Assembly (NCBI GenBank): GCA_030141605.1
Contig: JAQGDQ010000002.1
Coordinates: 1,116,001 to 1,180,000 of the forward strand
Direction of reading: 5' to 3'
DNA: 64,000 nt
From: Tubiluchus corallicola
Taxonomy: Eukaryota; Animalia; Priapulida
Below the pieces are notes generated by a model, which ran no database searches, had not been told where the DNA came from, and saw nothing but the letters and a program-made list of their open reading frames with translations. Positions 1 through 61,054 of this stretch are shown one piece after another (position 1 is the stretch's first letter; each line of letters starts with the position of its first letter). Both the position numbers and the translations under genes were made by a program.

Positions 1-1925
1 AAACACTTGCTCGATGGCACTAGAGGGACAGTCAGTCATATCAAATGTGAATAAGTCATCTCTATGGGCAGAAACTATAAAGTCTATGAAATTGAGCTGT
101 TAACTATAAGCCGCGTTATTTCGTGCACTTACTAACAACGTTTGTAATGTTACAAATTCAATTACCACATTTTCTACATGTTCTAAAGAGCTATATTCAT
201 TATTAGCGAAGCAAGTACACCTACTATAATTATGTTATCAAATCAGTGTCTCCTAGTAACTAGAAAAATCCATTTGGACTTTTTTCTCATGCCTACAATA
301 CCTCAATAGTGCAAAAATGAAGCAAAGTTGGAGGCTGTAAATGACACATACCAAAAGAGGAAGAATGCTATACAATGTCTTCTTATACAAATCTGTTTTA
401 TGCAAGCTGAACATATCCATAATGCGACGACACACTAGTCATACTTAATTTAACCTAATCAACTGTCCTGCCAATAAAATTTTAGATTACGAATCTTAAT
501 ACACACAAAAATTAATACCATACTAATACCAGATAATCCAGCATCCAGCAGCTATACCAAAAAATCAAACAGCTGGAAAAGGCATTAAGGCTGTAGCTCA
601 AATTCCAAATTATTGCCCCTCTTAATATTGCAACTATCATTTTTTAATGCATACATCAATTAGATCACACATCCTGTTGTGCATACTCAGAAAAGTACTT
701 TTGGATGTGCTATTCCCAGCTTTCACAAAGGGCACTTATTGTTAGAGCAACTTGTTTCCCATGGGTTTTTTCAACTCTCTGCTTTAGTACCTTGCCATAA
801 CCCTGTTTGACAAGGACTACTCTGTGTTTAACCAAACGTATAAATCTTTGTTAGATTCAAATAATTTGAATAATTTCAAGAAATGAAATCATGGACCACC
901 CGACTAAACAAAAAAAAGCCTACATTCGAGAAACAAACAAATAAGGTTTGACAGTAGAGTAAAGAACACTTCAAAATCTTGTTTGTAGCTCGAAGTTTCT
1001 TCGAATTGCCCAGCAAAAGTACAGAAATATATTCCACAAATAAAAAAAATGAATTTTAATCAAATACAGACAAAAGACAAGAAAAGATACAAAATGTTGG
1101 ATTACACGAGTTTTGCAACAGTAACATTTTGAGCATAAAGAATAATAATAACAAGGTGACAATGCATTTGGCAGATCATAAATTGCAGATTTCGCAAACT
1201 GTTTGTAGGATGTCGCTTTCAGTTGCCATTTTTTTGCAGAGCTGGCACCCCGTCTTAAAGGTACTTAAGCTGTAATACATATGATTTTCAAACTGTGACT
1301 AATTTAGAGATTTCTGAGCAGTTTTTGATTTTGTTTCTCTGAATTTCAGTTGATCTCATAACATCAAAACAAATAAACAGTTTGATCATCTCGTCTCTCC
1401 ATAAGCTTTTATCTAATGCAATTTTTGGGTTTTACAACTTTATACAACAACATTACCATTGGCAATATTTAAGAAAAATTAACTATGAATAACTTTTAAA
1501 TTTCATGATTTTGAAAAACAGTCTAATTAAGGGAATTGTCTGGACATTTTTATGTAACACACTGATATTTCTTCACGAAAAGACAACTCATGTGTATATA
1601 TGTCACGTTCTGAAGAATACAATTTTAATATCCAGTTCTTATTTGAACAGCAATCTAGTAATGATCTAAAATTATCACGAGAAGTCAAACAACGAAAGTT
1701 TGTGATAATACTGCCTGTTAAATCATGTTTTTAAGTTTGTCAAGTCACTGATGAATCCTTATACCGAAATTTTTGGCACAGAACACCTTGGAAAAATCTG
1801 ACTAAGTTTCGTCAATAGGTTATATCAAAATATAAAATGCCATTCTTCTTATGGCTGACTAAAAACTAGAAACAATGTAATCCAAGTCATAGTAATTACT
1901 GTACCATTTGCGGTTATGATGAAAT

Positions 1926-3104
1926 CTAGGCCTCTACACAGTTTCCTTGTTTCACCCACCAATCTTGTATATCATAATAAACTTTCACTGGTTCACTGGG
2001 ATTATGCAGTTTCTCGCACAAATCACAAAGGCTAAGGTTGGGCCATCGTAGTATGCGATAATTTTGTTTCCAAGCAAAATACTCAGAGTAAGCCAAGTCA
2101 TTTTCATTCAAATACGAAAGGTAATCAGCAAGTTGTTTTGGAGAGTTAAAATCTGCTGTGTTTATCACAGAGTGAGGAGGAGTTAGTTTAGTGTAGTTAG
2201 CACCACCTCTGACGACAGGTATCACATTGTTTGACATAAGTCTCAAATATGTTTTTTCAGTGACATAGTCATGACAGTAAGAGTTTTCAAATGCTAAGTA
2301 AAATTTGTAATCTCTCGTAAGCATATTGTTACAACTGGTATCATCCTTCGCACATGTGAGGTTACCACATTCACCATATATGTCAATGGATATATACTGT
2401 TGCAGTTCTCTTGCATACTTGATACGACCTGTGTAGTCAGTATTACAATTACTTACAAACCATGCGACCAGCTTCGTTTTTCCTTTTGCATAATTTATGA
2501 CAGTCTGCTCCAGAGTTGTAGAAATGTCAATAACTTTTGCATATGGACGAGGAATATCCGAGTCTAAACGATAAGTCATGGTCCAGTTAAAAATGCCATT
2601 AAAGCGAGATAAATTTACATTTTTTCCCTTCGTATTCATGTCTGTTCTGATGGGTGATTCCATCAAGTAGAACACCCACCTCTGTCTAGGTGGACGGTAA
2701 GCAGGAAAAAGAGGAATGGGGCGAAGTGGCAAAATTCGCATGGCCACAACAACAGCATCACTTTCATTCAAACGAGATTTGTCGTACGTTATTTCGCAAG
2801 TTTTACCGGCTTCGTGGCACATTTGAAATGATTTGTTACCTTCTTTCAGATTTCCGAAGCCATCCAGCCGCCATCTATTCCAGAACAAAATCAATTTCTG
2901 CTGTGGCACTTCTGTTACACGGTCAGTTCTCTGCATGCTGTAATATGCTTCATGGATTTTGAGGTTCTGGTTAAACTGATGGCTCCTTGATAGATTTGTT
3001 ATACCAAATCTATGCAGTGTATGTAGTGTTAATATTAACAGCACATTTGTAAGGATCAGCAGCTTTGTTTTCTTTCTACTAATAAACCTTGCTTCCGCCA
3101 ACAT
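1926..3104 (-). CDS. Alpha-1,3-fucosyltransferase, glycosyltransferase family 10 (FucTA/FucTC-like), single-exon CDS, about 392 aa
   Basis: The ORF-track protein carries GT10 motifs: WVFYLMESP, FNWTMTYRLDSDI, VAWFVSNC, IDIYGECG, YKFYLAFENSYCHDYVTEK, PPHSVI, YFAWK and CDLCEKL. The ORF-track start at 3227 is a GTG. The first ATG at 3104 is followed by a basic stretch and a hydrophobic segment (RKKTKLLILTNVLLILTL), typical of a type II Golgi anchor. Confidence 0.93.
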   Translation of the reverse strand: MLAEARFISRKKTKLLILTNVLLILTLHTLHRFGITNLSRSHQFNQNLKIHEAYYSMQRTDRVTEVPQQKLILFWNRWRLDGFGNLKEGNKSFQMCHEAGKTCEITYDKSRLNESDAVVVAMRILPLRPIPLFPAYRPPRQRWVFYLMESPIRTDMNTKGKNVNLSRFNGIFNWTMTYRLDSDIPRPYAKVIDISTTLEQTVINYAKGKTKLVAWFVSNCNTDYTGRIKYARELQQYISIDIYGECGNLTCAKDDTSCNNMLTRDYKFYLAFENSYCHDYVTEKTYLRLMSNNVIPVVRGGANYTKLTPPHSVINTADFNSPKQLADYLSYLNENDLAYSEYFAWKQNYRILRWPNLSLCDLCEKLHNPSEPVKVYYDIQDWWVKQGNCVEA

Positions 3105-3302
3105 TACTATATACAAGCATGCATAGAAAACGTCAGGTCTGTTAGAGAAGTGAAATTGCTGACAAAATGCAATGAACTGGGCAGCAGTCGTCACAGCAAT
3201 AAAGTGTCCATACGCATTTTCAGGCACTTCACTTTCTTATTAACCAACTTTCGCCTGTTTACCTGCAGCAAAGGTATTCAATGATAGCTTACCTTTCTTT
3301 GG

Positions 3303-3378
3303 AAATAGGCTAATGAGGTTAACACTTTCTCTCCAAAAATAGGCTAATGAAGTTGACACTTTCCAAAAATAGGCTAAT
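3303..3378. repeat. Short tandem repeat, about 2.5 copies of a ~30-bp unit (core AAATAGGCTAAT)
   Basis: AAATAGGCTAAT occurs three times with similar spacers (GAGGTTAACACTTT / GAAGTTGACACTTT). Confidence 0.75.
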
Positions 3379-6300
3379 ATACGTGACTCTATCCTTTCAG
3401 AAACAGATTGATGCAGTTTGCTTTTCTTCAGCAATATGATGGATAAAATTAACATACTTCCTTCTGAACTAGATTAATATAGTTAGCATAGTTCCGTCAA
3501 AGTAAAAGGCAAACAGGACTACTATTGCTAAATTGTGTTGATGCTTAATCATTGATGACTGAACTATTCCCTATTCTCTAAAGATCAAAAGAAGTGGAAA
3601 TTAAGATGAAAAGCTGCCAAGTATTAATAAAAATAATTATTACATGAACAATTTGATAAAACTGATTTCTAATCTGCAAAAAATTGTTAATTGGGATTTT
3701 GTTCATAGTCATTATAAAGCACAAGAACAATACAAGAGGATAACCATAAATATACATGTATTTCAACATGTGAAAAAAATGAAAGGGAAAATGCAAAAAA
3801 AGAGCAAAAATTAAAAATATGCTAGCGATGTTTTAATATTATTACAGCCTTGTTTTGAAATTTTGGCTTGACGTTTTTAAAGAAATTATGTTACACAGAT
3901 TAAAATATTCTTTGATGGTGACTAGGTAAAAAGTATGATGTAATTTCTAAAATGCAAGGAAAATTATGTTAGTTAAAAAATTTGTGTTGTGAGAATAGCA
4001 TTTTTGTAATTTTCTAATCTGTGATATTCATTAAAGTGAAGTGTGAAGTTAATAAAATACTAGCAAATTCCTGCAAATTAAAAACTAAATCTACTCTTTT
4101 CAACCAGTTTTCCAGTGTTCAACATTATTGGAGCATCATGAACACATTAATAATATATTAGCAGTGTTTCCTTCACATGACAATGGTGCTTTGGTAAGAT
4201 TCAGTAGTAGCAGCAAAACTAATGCTTGCACATAGACGAATGGCAAATAAAGAGACAAGTAGTGCTTGTGCTTCACTGTCCAGATTACATGTAACTTAAC
4301 AAATACATACCACAATATTTGTTAAAAATGTAAGTAACCAGTCGCATGATAAAAATCATGGTTTAGCATTACTGATGAACAAAAAAAAGTTTTACAATCT
4401 ATAAACTTAATTTACCATAAATACCTATGGTGAAATCATACAGAGAACAAAAGAACTTAAAAACATCTTAGTTGTCAAAGTTTTGATAAAATTTGCTTTC
4501 TATGCTTCGCCCGAGCCATGTACATCACAGTATATCAGTACATCAAACGTTTCTACTGACTCCCAGGTGGTAATACAGTTCCATGCAACAGGTCATAAAC
4601 AAAGGTTTGGATTCCACTCAAGCAGAAAACTTCATTCCCAAATATTAAATGTTCAATTCAAATACAAAAAATGACCACCAAGCTGCTTGGGGAGTCAAAA
4701 TTACTGGTAGAACTTATTTTGTTGAAAATATTGCCTCTTTTGACCACACACGAACTGCCTAGGATTTTAGTCTTCTGTAAGCTTTTCGGGTCACAACAAG
4801 TGGTGTTAAATTTTACACAAAAACCTGTAATTTACAATCTTTGGTATACATTAGCTTACCACATTTACCATGGCTATTGTAAATGTTGAGTCAATAGCAG
4901 TATGGTCAACAACAGAAGTACCTGCAATTACGTCTGCCTTACAATGTAATTATCTCTGTATAATGATCACTTTGGTGACCCAATTACTAACCTGTACTAC
5001 CCAGAGAACACGACAATGACTCGATGTTTCAAATGAGCTAATTTTGTTAACTCTTTTCTTTCCTATCTTAATGAAGACTCGTTCGTTTCTTTACTTACTG
5101 TTAAAAGTATGTTTTAGTGAACAGTAACAAAATGTGTGTTCACATAAAATAAAATAAGCTATTTAATTTTTTTTAAAACGTACATGTTTGTTTTAGTCTG
5201 ATGAAACTTTTATACAGTCACAAGTGGGAAATTCAAAAGAGACAAGCAAAAAAATTAGAACCCAACTTCAAGAAAAAAGCATGTTTAAAGTGCAAAACTA
5301 TAAAAAAAAGCACAAGAAGTCAAGCCCTCATTATGACAATACAGCCTACAATTCATTCTTGTAACTGTCCTATGTCTTAGATTCTTAAATTTTTGTAAAG
5401 AAGAAAATCTAGTTTTAAGTTAAATTCAAAGAAATTTGCAAAAAAGTTACATCAGTAGCAGCAGTCTTACTTATATCAGAGGCTCAAGTTGGAAGAAAAA
5501 TACAGTAATTTTGCAACAATGGGCAGGACGTCAAAAAACAAAGTAATCTACAGACTTCACAGAAGTAACTAAATTCCTATTTGAAATTTGGGAAAAACTG
5601 CTTATCAAGAGACATCTTTGCATTAGTTAGTACGTTTGATATGCTACCTCATACGTAGCACACAGCAGTAAACCACAATTGGATTTAAGCCTGCAATGAC
5701 TAGTCTGATCAATTCTGATTATTATTTTCAAGCTCAAGGAGAAGAGAACATAGATAAAGCAACGCAACTAATTAGTAGGATTTAAGTTGTCCATATTGTA
5801 GCAGGATTTGCATGCATTTGACTTAAAATTGGGCATTAGGGTAAAAGTACGGCAAAAGTCCTATAAAGTACTGTGCAATGTACATGCTATACAGAACTCT
5901 GTATTTAACCTTAAAAAACATACCTACTTGTTAGGTTATCAGTTATGACAAAAATAGACATTCATAAAAAAACTGAAAACTGGAAAAAAAACAAAATGAA
6001 GAAAGTTAAACTGATCACCTTGATACTGGTAATATCTATCAAATATTAATAGGATTTTATAATGTTTTCAGAATATCTTTCCTATTAATTGATAATCTTG
6101 ACCTTTACAGAAATTCATACAAACAAACCACACATTTATGCACGCATACAACACACGCAGATTATAACATAAAAGCAGAATAAATCAAAAAAGCAACTAA
6201 AATAACACCGTAAAAGAATGTTACAACAAGAAAGGAAGAAAAACAGTGCATATGCAAAGCTAAAAAACGTTAATGATAACTACCTGTAATCAAATATCGC

Positions 6301-6748
6301 TTGCATTCAAGTAGTCATGGTAAAATTTTGTTGTAAAAATTGGAAGTGAAAGTTTCACTTATTGCAACTTTATACAAATCGAAACTCAAAAACACAGAAA
6401 AATTCCATACCGTACCCTGACCGTACAGAGGTTTGCATGCTATGAAATCTACTCGCAATGTAATCAATACTGAATAGGTTAAAACACTTTTCTTCACATT
6501 AATCTTTTTTTCACACAGTCAGTTATTAGTAAAATGTGCCTTCCAAGCAAAATCCTGAAAAAATGCTTCTCCCAAGCAAAATCCTGGATAAACATTTCTT
6601 TGGAATATTAGTAGTCAATGTCAGACAAGGTCCCAAAACATGCAGCCGGATGATACGATATTAATCAGACTTCAGAGTTGCAGTCTATGAAGTTATCAAA
6701 AACCGCCAGTGCATGAGATTACTCAGGTAATTACCTTAATTAGCAGTG

Positions 6749-53990
<47,242 letters not shown>

Positions 53991-54419
53991 AACTGAAAAT
54001 GGTGTCCGTTTACTATCAAGAGGGCCGACAGGGGTAAAATTAAGTAAGCTCATTGGTGGCGCCCTCTCAACCTTATGATCACTAATCGATCTGTTGTGTC
54101 TCACTTTCAAAGTGAGCAGTTTCGATACTAAATTTAATTTTACATTTTTATTTTGTACATTTTTTAAAGTTTGATTCATTTGCTACGTTTACGTAAGTTT
54201 TTCCTCCATTACTACACCTATACTAATTCACTGAGTGGTTATTCAAATTAATTCCACTGTAATAATGGAGGTATGAGTACACATAAGCAAATCCATCTAT
54301 TAAAAGTATAACTAAATTATAGTAAATAACTATAATAATAAGTATACTAACTTTTACTACCTATAATAAAAGTATAAAGGTAAGGAGGTCAAAACGCTAA
54401 TGAAAAGTAGAGTGATGAT

Positions 54420-55350
54420 TTACACATTACATTACAAATATAATGAGTAATTTAACAGGGGGATTAGTGTTCAACAGCTGTTCACAAATAGAGCAATTTT
54501 AAATTACAGCGTATGCTTAAATAGCGATTTAATAGCATTACTTGATATCGAAAATTGTTTTGATAAATGATAGTTGAAGTATGTGTTCCATTCCGTTTTC
54601 ATCTATGGACAAAATGCTCTCTTAGCCTGTATAACTTTTCCTCATTATGCTAGATGATCCCTACATGTAGCAAAATATTCTATGTACATTTGTCATCAGT
54701 CAAATAAGAATGTATGCAGGATAACTGTTCAGTCATCCTATGCTATCAATAAAAAAGCCCAATTCTCTAATCAGAACTTTAGAGCGTTAATCAGATGTCG
54801 TCTTAATTAAAAACACTCCTTCACAACTAAATTAATGTTCAGTAGACGTAATATATGACATATTTTGTATTCAAGTCTATCTCTATCAATTGCTTAATTG
54901 TTGTGCCTCAAAAGAAGGTGCTCGGGTGTTTCTCATTTTCCACATTGACATAAGAACGACTGGACGACTCTAGTCATTCTTAGATAAACATTCAATCTTG
55001 ATTCATCTCTGCAAGAATACTCTAATGTGTGACTGCTTTTGATTGAAAATAAATCTAAGTCATTCACATTCGTTTTCAAGTAACTTCCCCTCTTTTCTTT
55101 ACTTTTGTCCAAATTTCATGATTATCTAAATTGGATAAAACATCTTTGACTTACCATTCAGTCTCATTTGTACAACTTTATAGCCCATTTTTGTCTTTAT
55201 CTCGTGTTCTACAATTTTTTTGTCTGTGTAAGGTTATTATTTTTTTGCTAATATAGTGATTTTTTGCTAATAATTCGAATGATGAATCCAATTGGTAATC
55301 ACCCACTTACATATGGAACTTTATTATGGTCAGAAGAGTTTTTATGACCA
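54420..55350 (-). mobile_element. Possible heavily decayed CR1-type LINE 3' fragment between MYPT and NUP214
   Basis: Only faint minus-strand resemblance to the CR1 ORF2 C-terminus (RAFC...TEWN), followed by a short TGTAA-type tail near 54422-54436. Boundaries approximate. Confidence 0.3.
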
Positions 55351-57568
55351 GTTTCTGTGATGGCAACTAGCTTGTTAGTATTACAACTAGTATTTCCTTT
55401 TTTTAAAGTATTAAAACTGGTATTTCCTTTTGTCAGGAGTGATTGTTTGCCATTCTGAAAACCAATTCAGTTTGGAATACATGAACTAGAAGCAGCTTTT
55501 TACTCAATGCTAGGTAAACTATTTAGCTTTATAAATGAAGAGCCCATTTAAGTGGAATTAATGTAAGAGGAACCCAGCCATTTCCACGAGAATTGCATGC
55601 GCACATATGCACCTGAATCCCTAGCACTGTTTAATTGTTGTATCATATCAGCAGTCCCAGCTTCTTGGACCAACTCATGTTGCTGTCCATCTATAGTCGA
55701 GCAAACTGGACAAACTTTTCATTGAGATATGAACGTCATTTTTGGTTGTTCACACGCAATTTATCTGACTTTTTCGTTAGAATCAGTTCTACAATTCCTG
55801 TTCAGGTCTTTCAAAGAATTGCATTGTATCAATTTCAAAAAATCATTGTATTATACTGTCAGTTGTTGGAGTCATCACATGTAATCTGGCCAATTTTTAA
55901 CATGCCCTCAAAAATCAGACTCAGGTACCCTATTCCTTATGCCTGTCGGGTACCTGGGTAACCGACTGTTAAGATTCACTGGCAGTGAATAAATTGCAAT
56001 CATTTATATTTGCAATTTATATCAGTCAACACAACCACTGGTGCATTTCAACTTACTGTGTTATCTTGGCAATAATCATACAGTTATTACATGCTTAGGT
56101 CCTGAACACAAGCTATGAATCAGAAAAGTTAGTGTTTTGTCATGGCTCCACCTTATCTCTCAGACTTCCTAATTACTTGTATTGCACACTTTTTCAATGA
56201 ATCAGCTACAGCGTAGAGATTATTATAATCTATTGTGTTTTTTGTGTGTTGTTAAATTTAACAGTCCATTTGTTGGTATTATCGTTAGTGGCCTGAAACC
56301 TTTTTAAATGTTAGTAAACCATTTCATTTGGATAATTAACTTTTTTGTAAAGAAATTACTGTTTGTTTTCAGTAAAGTTTCATAGGTCACACCTCCTTGG
56401 TTTGATCTGCTATGCGTTTGCAACTGATAGAGATATAATCGCTGCTGGCTTGCCAATGCTGAAATACACTATTATGCAGTGTTTCAAATAATAATGTACG
56501 AAAGACCAAATTCAGTGCGCTTGAGTGCAGGTTGCCAGTGTGCCAACGTAGCTGTTAATAGTCTAGTATGTAATAATGTTAATAGTTGCTAGTATGTATC
56601 TGTACACCTCAGAAAGCGGCATTTAATTTTAAATGAATTCTTAAACAATGGATATCTCATTAACAATATTGTCTGCATTTTCACTGTTGGAACTGGGTAG
56701 AAATATCAGGCTCGGGTAATAAACAATGCGGATAAGTACCCCGGGTACTACCGCAGGTTAAACAGCATGATCAAAGAGTGACTGAGTAACTTAACATTAT
56801 CGGCTATTATGAAAAGGAATTACTAAGTTTGGGATAGTGAAAGACACTTAGGACAGACAAACTGGTTTTCAAAATAAGATATACCATCTTGGAAAATATG
56901 TTTGTAGCACAGTTTCGAAACACTATGACTGCACATTTAATGCTTTTTTAGTTTTGAAATCTACTGGTTCAGTTTCTTTGAGATTTTATCAAAAAACTTT
57001 CACATAAAATCTCATTTTGGTTTTTCAGTTATTAAAATATCCATGATCAACCAGTGAGTCACGACCACTAGTTATTGACTGATTTATTTGTTTAGGGTTT
57101 TTAATATGGCAGTGGGTGTGGATACTGTGACCAAATTTCATTTAAAAAAATTAAGCTAAAACATTTTTACACTTTATTCTTGTTAAATTAGTTTGTTACA
57201 GCTTTCACCTAAAATGCCTTTATTTTTTTTGCTATCATCACAGTGCTTGATTATTATCAACACTGAAGCAACCTTACATAATATTATATAGATCATCTAG
57301 TGGTTGCAAACCCAACAAAATTGAACTTAGGTTTGAATCAAGACTTTTTGTTACAAATGCACAACATTCATAGTTGGAATTTTCAAGTTACAATCCAAGC
57401 TTGGTTCTATTTTTATAGATTCCTTTCTGTTTGGCAGCAAAAAATCCAATTCCAGTCTTGGAATGAATGTTACATTTAATTAACAATGTGTTATCTTTAT
57501 CTTATAGTGGTTGAATGATCATCATTCTTAAAAATCATTCATAAACAGCTAGTCTGACCTCAGGCAAG

Positions 57569-57615
57569 ATGGAAGACCCACCAGAGACACGTGATGTCAC
57601 AACTGAAGAATTTAG
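57569..57615 (+). CDS. NUP214: NUP214-like nucleoporin, first coding exon (MEDPPETRDVTTEEF)
   Basis: ATG in context CAAGATGG, donor AG|GTAATG, phase 2. Joins in frame to 58179, giving MEDPPETRDVTTEEFRFKTMR, which resembles the NUP214 N-terminus (PEREMKDFQFR). Confidence 0.8.
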
Positions 57616-58178
57616 GTAATGAAATTTATTGATAAATTTTCTTATACGAATGTGCTGCAACTTAATCTGTAACATATTTAGCTAGTAAAACAACTGTTTT
57701 TCTACAAGTCGGGATAATTTGTTATAAAAAAGAACTTTGTACCTGTTGGAAGCAAATAGTTGTGGAGCTACTCTAATTTAGATTTGTGCTACAGTAAGCA
57801 AAACTATCAGTAAACCTCATTCGATCCTCGTAGTAGGTTGGCTACCTCTAGGTATCTGATTACTGTTAATTTTCTGGTTGGAATTTTTGTTGTACTTCAG
57901 CTTTTGTAAAATTTTATTACAGAAAGAAATTTTTCATAGTCTATTTTAAGTCTTTAAGCCGATAATGCCAATAATTAAAGCATTAACGGACAGTGCATTA
58001 TTTAGTGCATTAGTAATAGACTGATATGTGCATATTTTTAGGTATACATAAAAGCTAGAAATGTATACTGGTAATAACTTGCTGAAATATTTAAGTTTAA
58101 ATTTAAAAGCTCTACTTGTTTTGTTCATGATTTTTCAAATACTATTTTGAAAATTAAGGCAAAGTGTAAATTTTTCAG

Positions 58179-61054
58179 GTTTAAAACAATGAGAAACTTA
58201 TGGGTGTCAGAGACACCAGTGGGCTTTACACAAACAGCCCGAAGAAACTGTCTAGTAGCATCCAGCAAGTATGGAATCACGTTTGCAGCTGGTTTTGATC
58301 GTCTGGAGGTATTTGAAACTAAACAGTTGGGAATTTTTGACAACGAAGAAGATAAAAGTGACGTCGTGGAGTATTTTAGCTTTGCCGTTCCTATGCACTC
58401 GACCCCCATTCACCTGGGACTTAATGCCAGCCAGTTAACGTTGTCTATTTGCTCCATTCATTCTAATTCTGCTATAGTGGAATTGTTTGACGTACGAGCT
58501 TTTACTAAAAAAGACAAGGTCCCATCTCCCTTTCAGGGCATTCAGCTGTCATCATTGCCGGGAGGGGAACTTCTTGATTTCAAGTGGCACCCAGAAAATA
58601 CTCAGCTTTTTGCTGCTTGTTTATCTGATGGTTCAATGCTGTTAGTGCAAGTCACCAGCAATGGTTCAAATCATAGCATCCTTCACTCGCTTCCACCAGC
58701 GAGTAGTTGCTCTGCTTTGTGTTGGAGTCCAAAGGGAAAACAGCTCGCCATAGGAAAAAATGATGGCACGTTAACTCAATTTAAACTTGATATGTCAGTT
58801 GCGAAGACGGTTCCTGCACCACCCTGCAAAAGTGTAATATCTGTAGTTGATATTTTATGGATTTCATCATTCACTTTTGTAGTCATTTTTGATCTGCCTG
58901 ATCCCGAGGAGCAACCACTGCTATTTATTGTTAAAACTTCAAAAAGTTTGCCTCCTGTTTATATCAACTATAGCGATGTTTGTTTTGGAACTGACATATT
59001 AAGGAGACACAAATATTATCTCACACATATTCCTGACTGGAATATGATCATTTGCTCCTCCACTAATGCTGTAGAAGCCTGTGTTATCAGCAAAGATTCA
59101 AATGACAACTGGATACTGTGGAATCTGGATGACACGGCTCGTGCTGCATGTCCTATAGTAAAAAATGAGGACACATTTCCCATTGGTGCTGTGATTGACT
59201 TCACCTCTGTAGTAGAAATTCCAATTGGGGAGAATAAGACACTGGCTCCTATGCCAATATTCATGATGTTGAGCACTGAAGGTAAGCTCAGTCCTTTTTA
59301 TATGATGAACTTTACCCCTGGAGCTGATAGTGTGATGAAAAAACTTGAGCCATTGCCATCATTGGAGAGCACCCAGCCTCCACCATCTGATCAAAATAAA
59401 ACAGATGTCTTCGGAAAATCTGGACTAGGACAATCACTTACAAAGCCAAGTGCATTTAAATTTAGTGAAGGTGGGCAGTTTAATTTTGGTAAGATGCCTT
59501 CAACAGGTGCAGGTGAAGGGGCAGTAACAGCAGCATTTAACTTTTCTGCAGTGACGTCTGCAGGTGTATCAGACCAAGAAAATGTTAGCATATCAAAATT
59601 CAATTTTTCTCTCACACCTACAGCACCAGCTGCATCAGTTTCACAAACTGTTTCTGTTGGCAGTGCATTTAAACCTCCAGTGTTATCGTCAAGTACAAGT
59701 AACATGACAAGTAGTTCCACAGGAACTGGCACCAGCTTGTTCACACTGCATTCAACTCTAGCTGATGGAACTGCTACTATAAGTGGCATAAGGCCAGTAG
59801 AAGGGCCTATTACTGGGTCTAACAAATTTGGTTCCAAACCTGTTGCCATGACATCCAGCCTGCAACAGCCAACATCTAGTACATCATTTGTTCAGCCGAA
59901 ACCGCAACAGTCGCCATCTGTAAGTGCATCACAAATTTCTCGTGGCAGTGTGGCTGAGCAGGCTATAGTGACATCTGATGCAAGCACATTTACTGTCAGC
60001 ATTTTTGATGAAATTAAGCATTTCGAAAATGAGCTTTCAGAGTTGAAAACTCTGGTAAATCGAATGGACGTAGATGTACCTAGCAAATCAAAACTTCTCG
60101 AATTCAAGTCTAAAACTGCTAAAGCAGAGGAATTTATGGTGGAAGCTAAACAAACAACTGCTGAGATAAACAAAGAGATTACCAACTTAAAATCAAGTTT
60201 GCTAGAGACTTTTGTTTTAGTTGAGGAGGGTAATTCACGTTGCATGAGACTCAGTGATCCACGCTTTTTACACTTATTGAAAACACGTCCTTTGGATCCA
60301 GTCAGCTTAAGGAAAATGAAAGAACTACGTAAGCTGTACCAATATTTAAATTCTGGTATAGCTGATTTGGACTATTACTTAGATCAAGAATGGGATGCTT
60401 ATCAGTCAGAGCTGAGTGAAAAGGTGCAGAAGTTGAAAGTTCCAACCATGGATATCATTTACAATGTGGTGAGCAATAATCACAATTATCTGGTCAGTCA
60501 GTCAAAAAAGATCGAAGAGTTATTGGCAGATCTAGAACGAATGAAGTTACACAACACGTCGTCTGGATGGAGTGACTATGCCATTCCCACTAGTGGTAAC
60601 ATTTTGAGTACAGAAGAATCTGACTTGTCGGCTTTGGCTGATGTCTTGCTAAAACAAAAGGTAACACCGGCACCAAAGGAAAGCAAAACTCTGTCACCAA
60701 ATGTGACACAGCATCTTAAAGAAGTTCTAAGAAGAAGAAAAACCACTCCTGTCAGATCTACAACACCTGCTAATTTATCTATGTCGAAAATTGTTTCCGT
60801 GGAAGCGCTTCGACGCCAAATGTATAAAGAAGGTTCGTTGTCTCTCAATAGTTCGTATGATGATTTGGATGTGAAGCCAGAAAGAACTTCTTCTGTCAGT
60901 GACAGGATTCTCTCAAATGATTCCCTAATTCAAACCCCAGCAAGAAATGTCCTGGTTGTGAACAATGCAGCTGATCAGGCAAATGAAGTGCCTCGTTCTA
61001 GATTTGTAATCCCGTCAGCTCGTGAGGGTGCCTATGATGACTCGTCACAAAAAG
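58179..61054 (+). CDS. NUP214: NUP214-like nucleoporin, 2876-nt second coding exon (beta-propeller, S/T-rich linker with F/FG motifs, coiled coil); gene probably continues beyond the window
   Basis: Motifs NCLVASSKYGITFA, KWHP...FAACLSDG, ALCWSPKGKQLAIG, LMLST-like MMLSTEGKLSPFYM, FSEGGQFNFG, IFDEIKHFENEL and RPLDP. Acceptor TTTTTCAG at 58178; donor AAG|GTATCA at 61055. The C-terminal FG domain is absent from the window. Confidence 0.9.

Noticed and set aside
1240-1260. Plus-strand 21-nt microexon-like segment (TTTTGCAG...AAG|GTACTT)
   Set aside because: No other plus-strand exons nearby to connect it to; likely chance or a repeat end.
1748-1770. Hammerhead ribozyme-like CTGATGA...CGAAA
   Set aside because: The intervening bases cannot form stem II, and no stems I or III were found.
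3105-3227. 41-aa N-terminal extension of the fucosyltransferase in the ORF track
   Set aside because: It begins at a GTG and spans a likely splice acceptor at 3139-3140; the ATG at 3104 gives normal type II membrane topology.
59016-60848. Antisense ORFs of 86-152 aa
   Set aside because: Reverse-strand shadows of the NUP214 exon.
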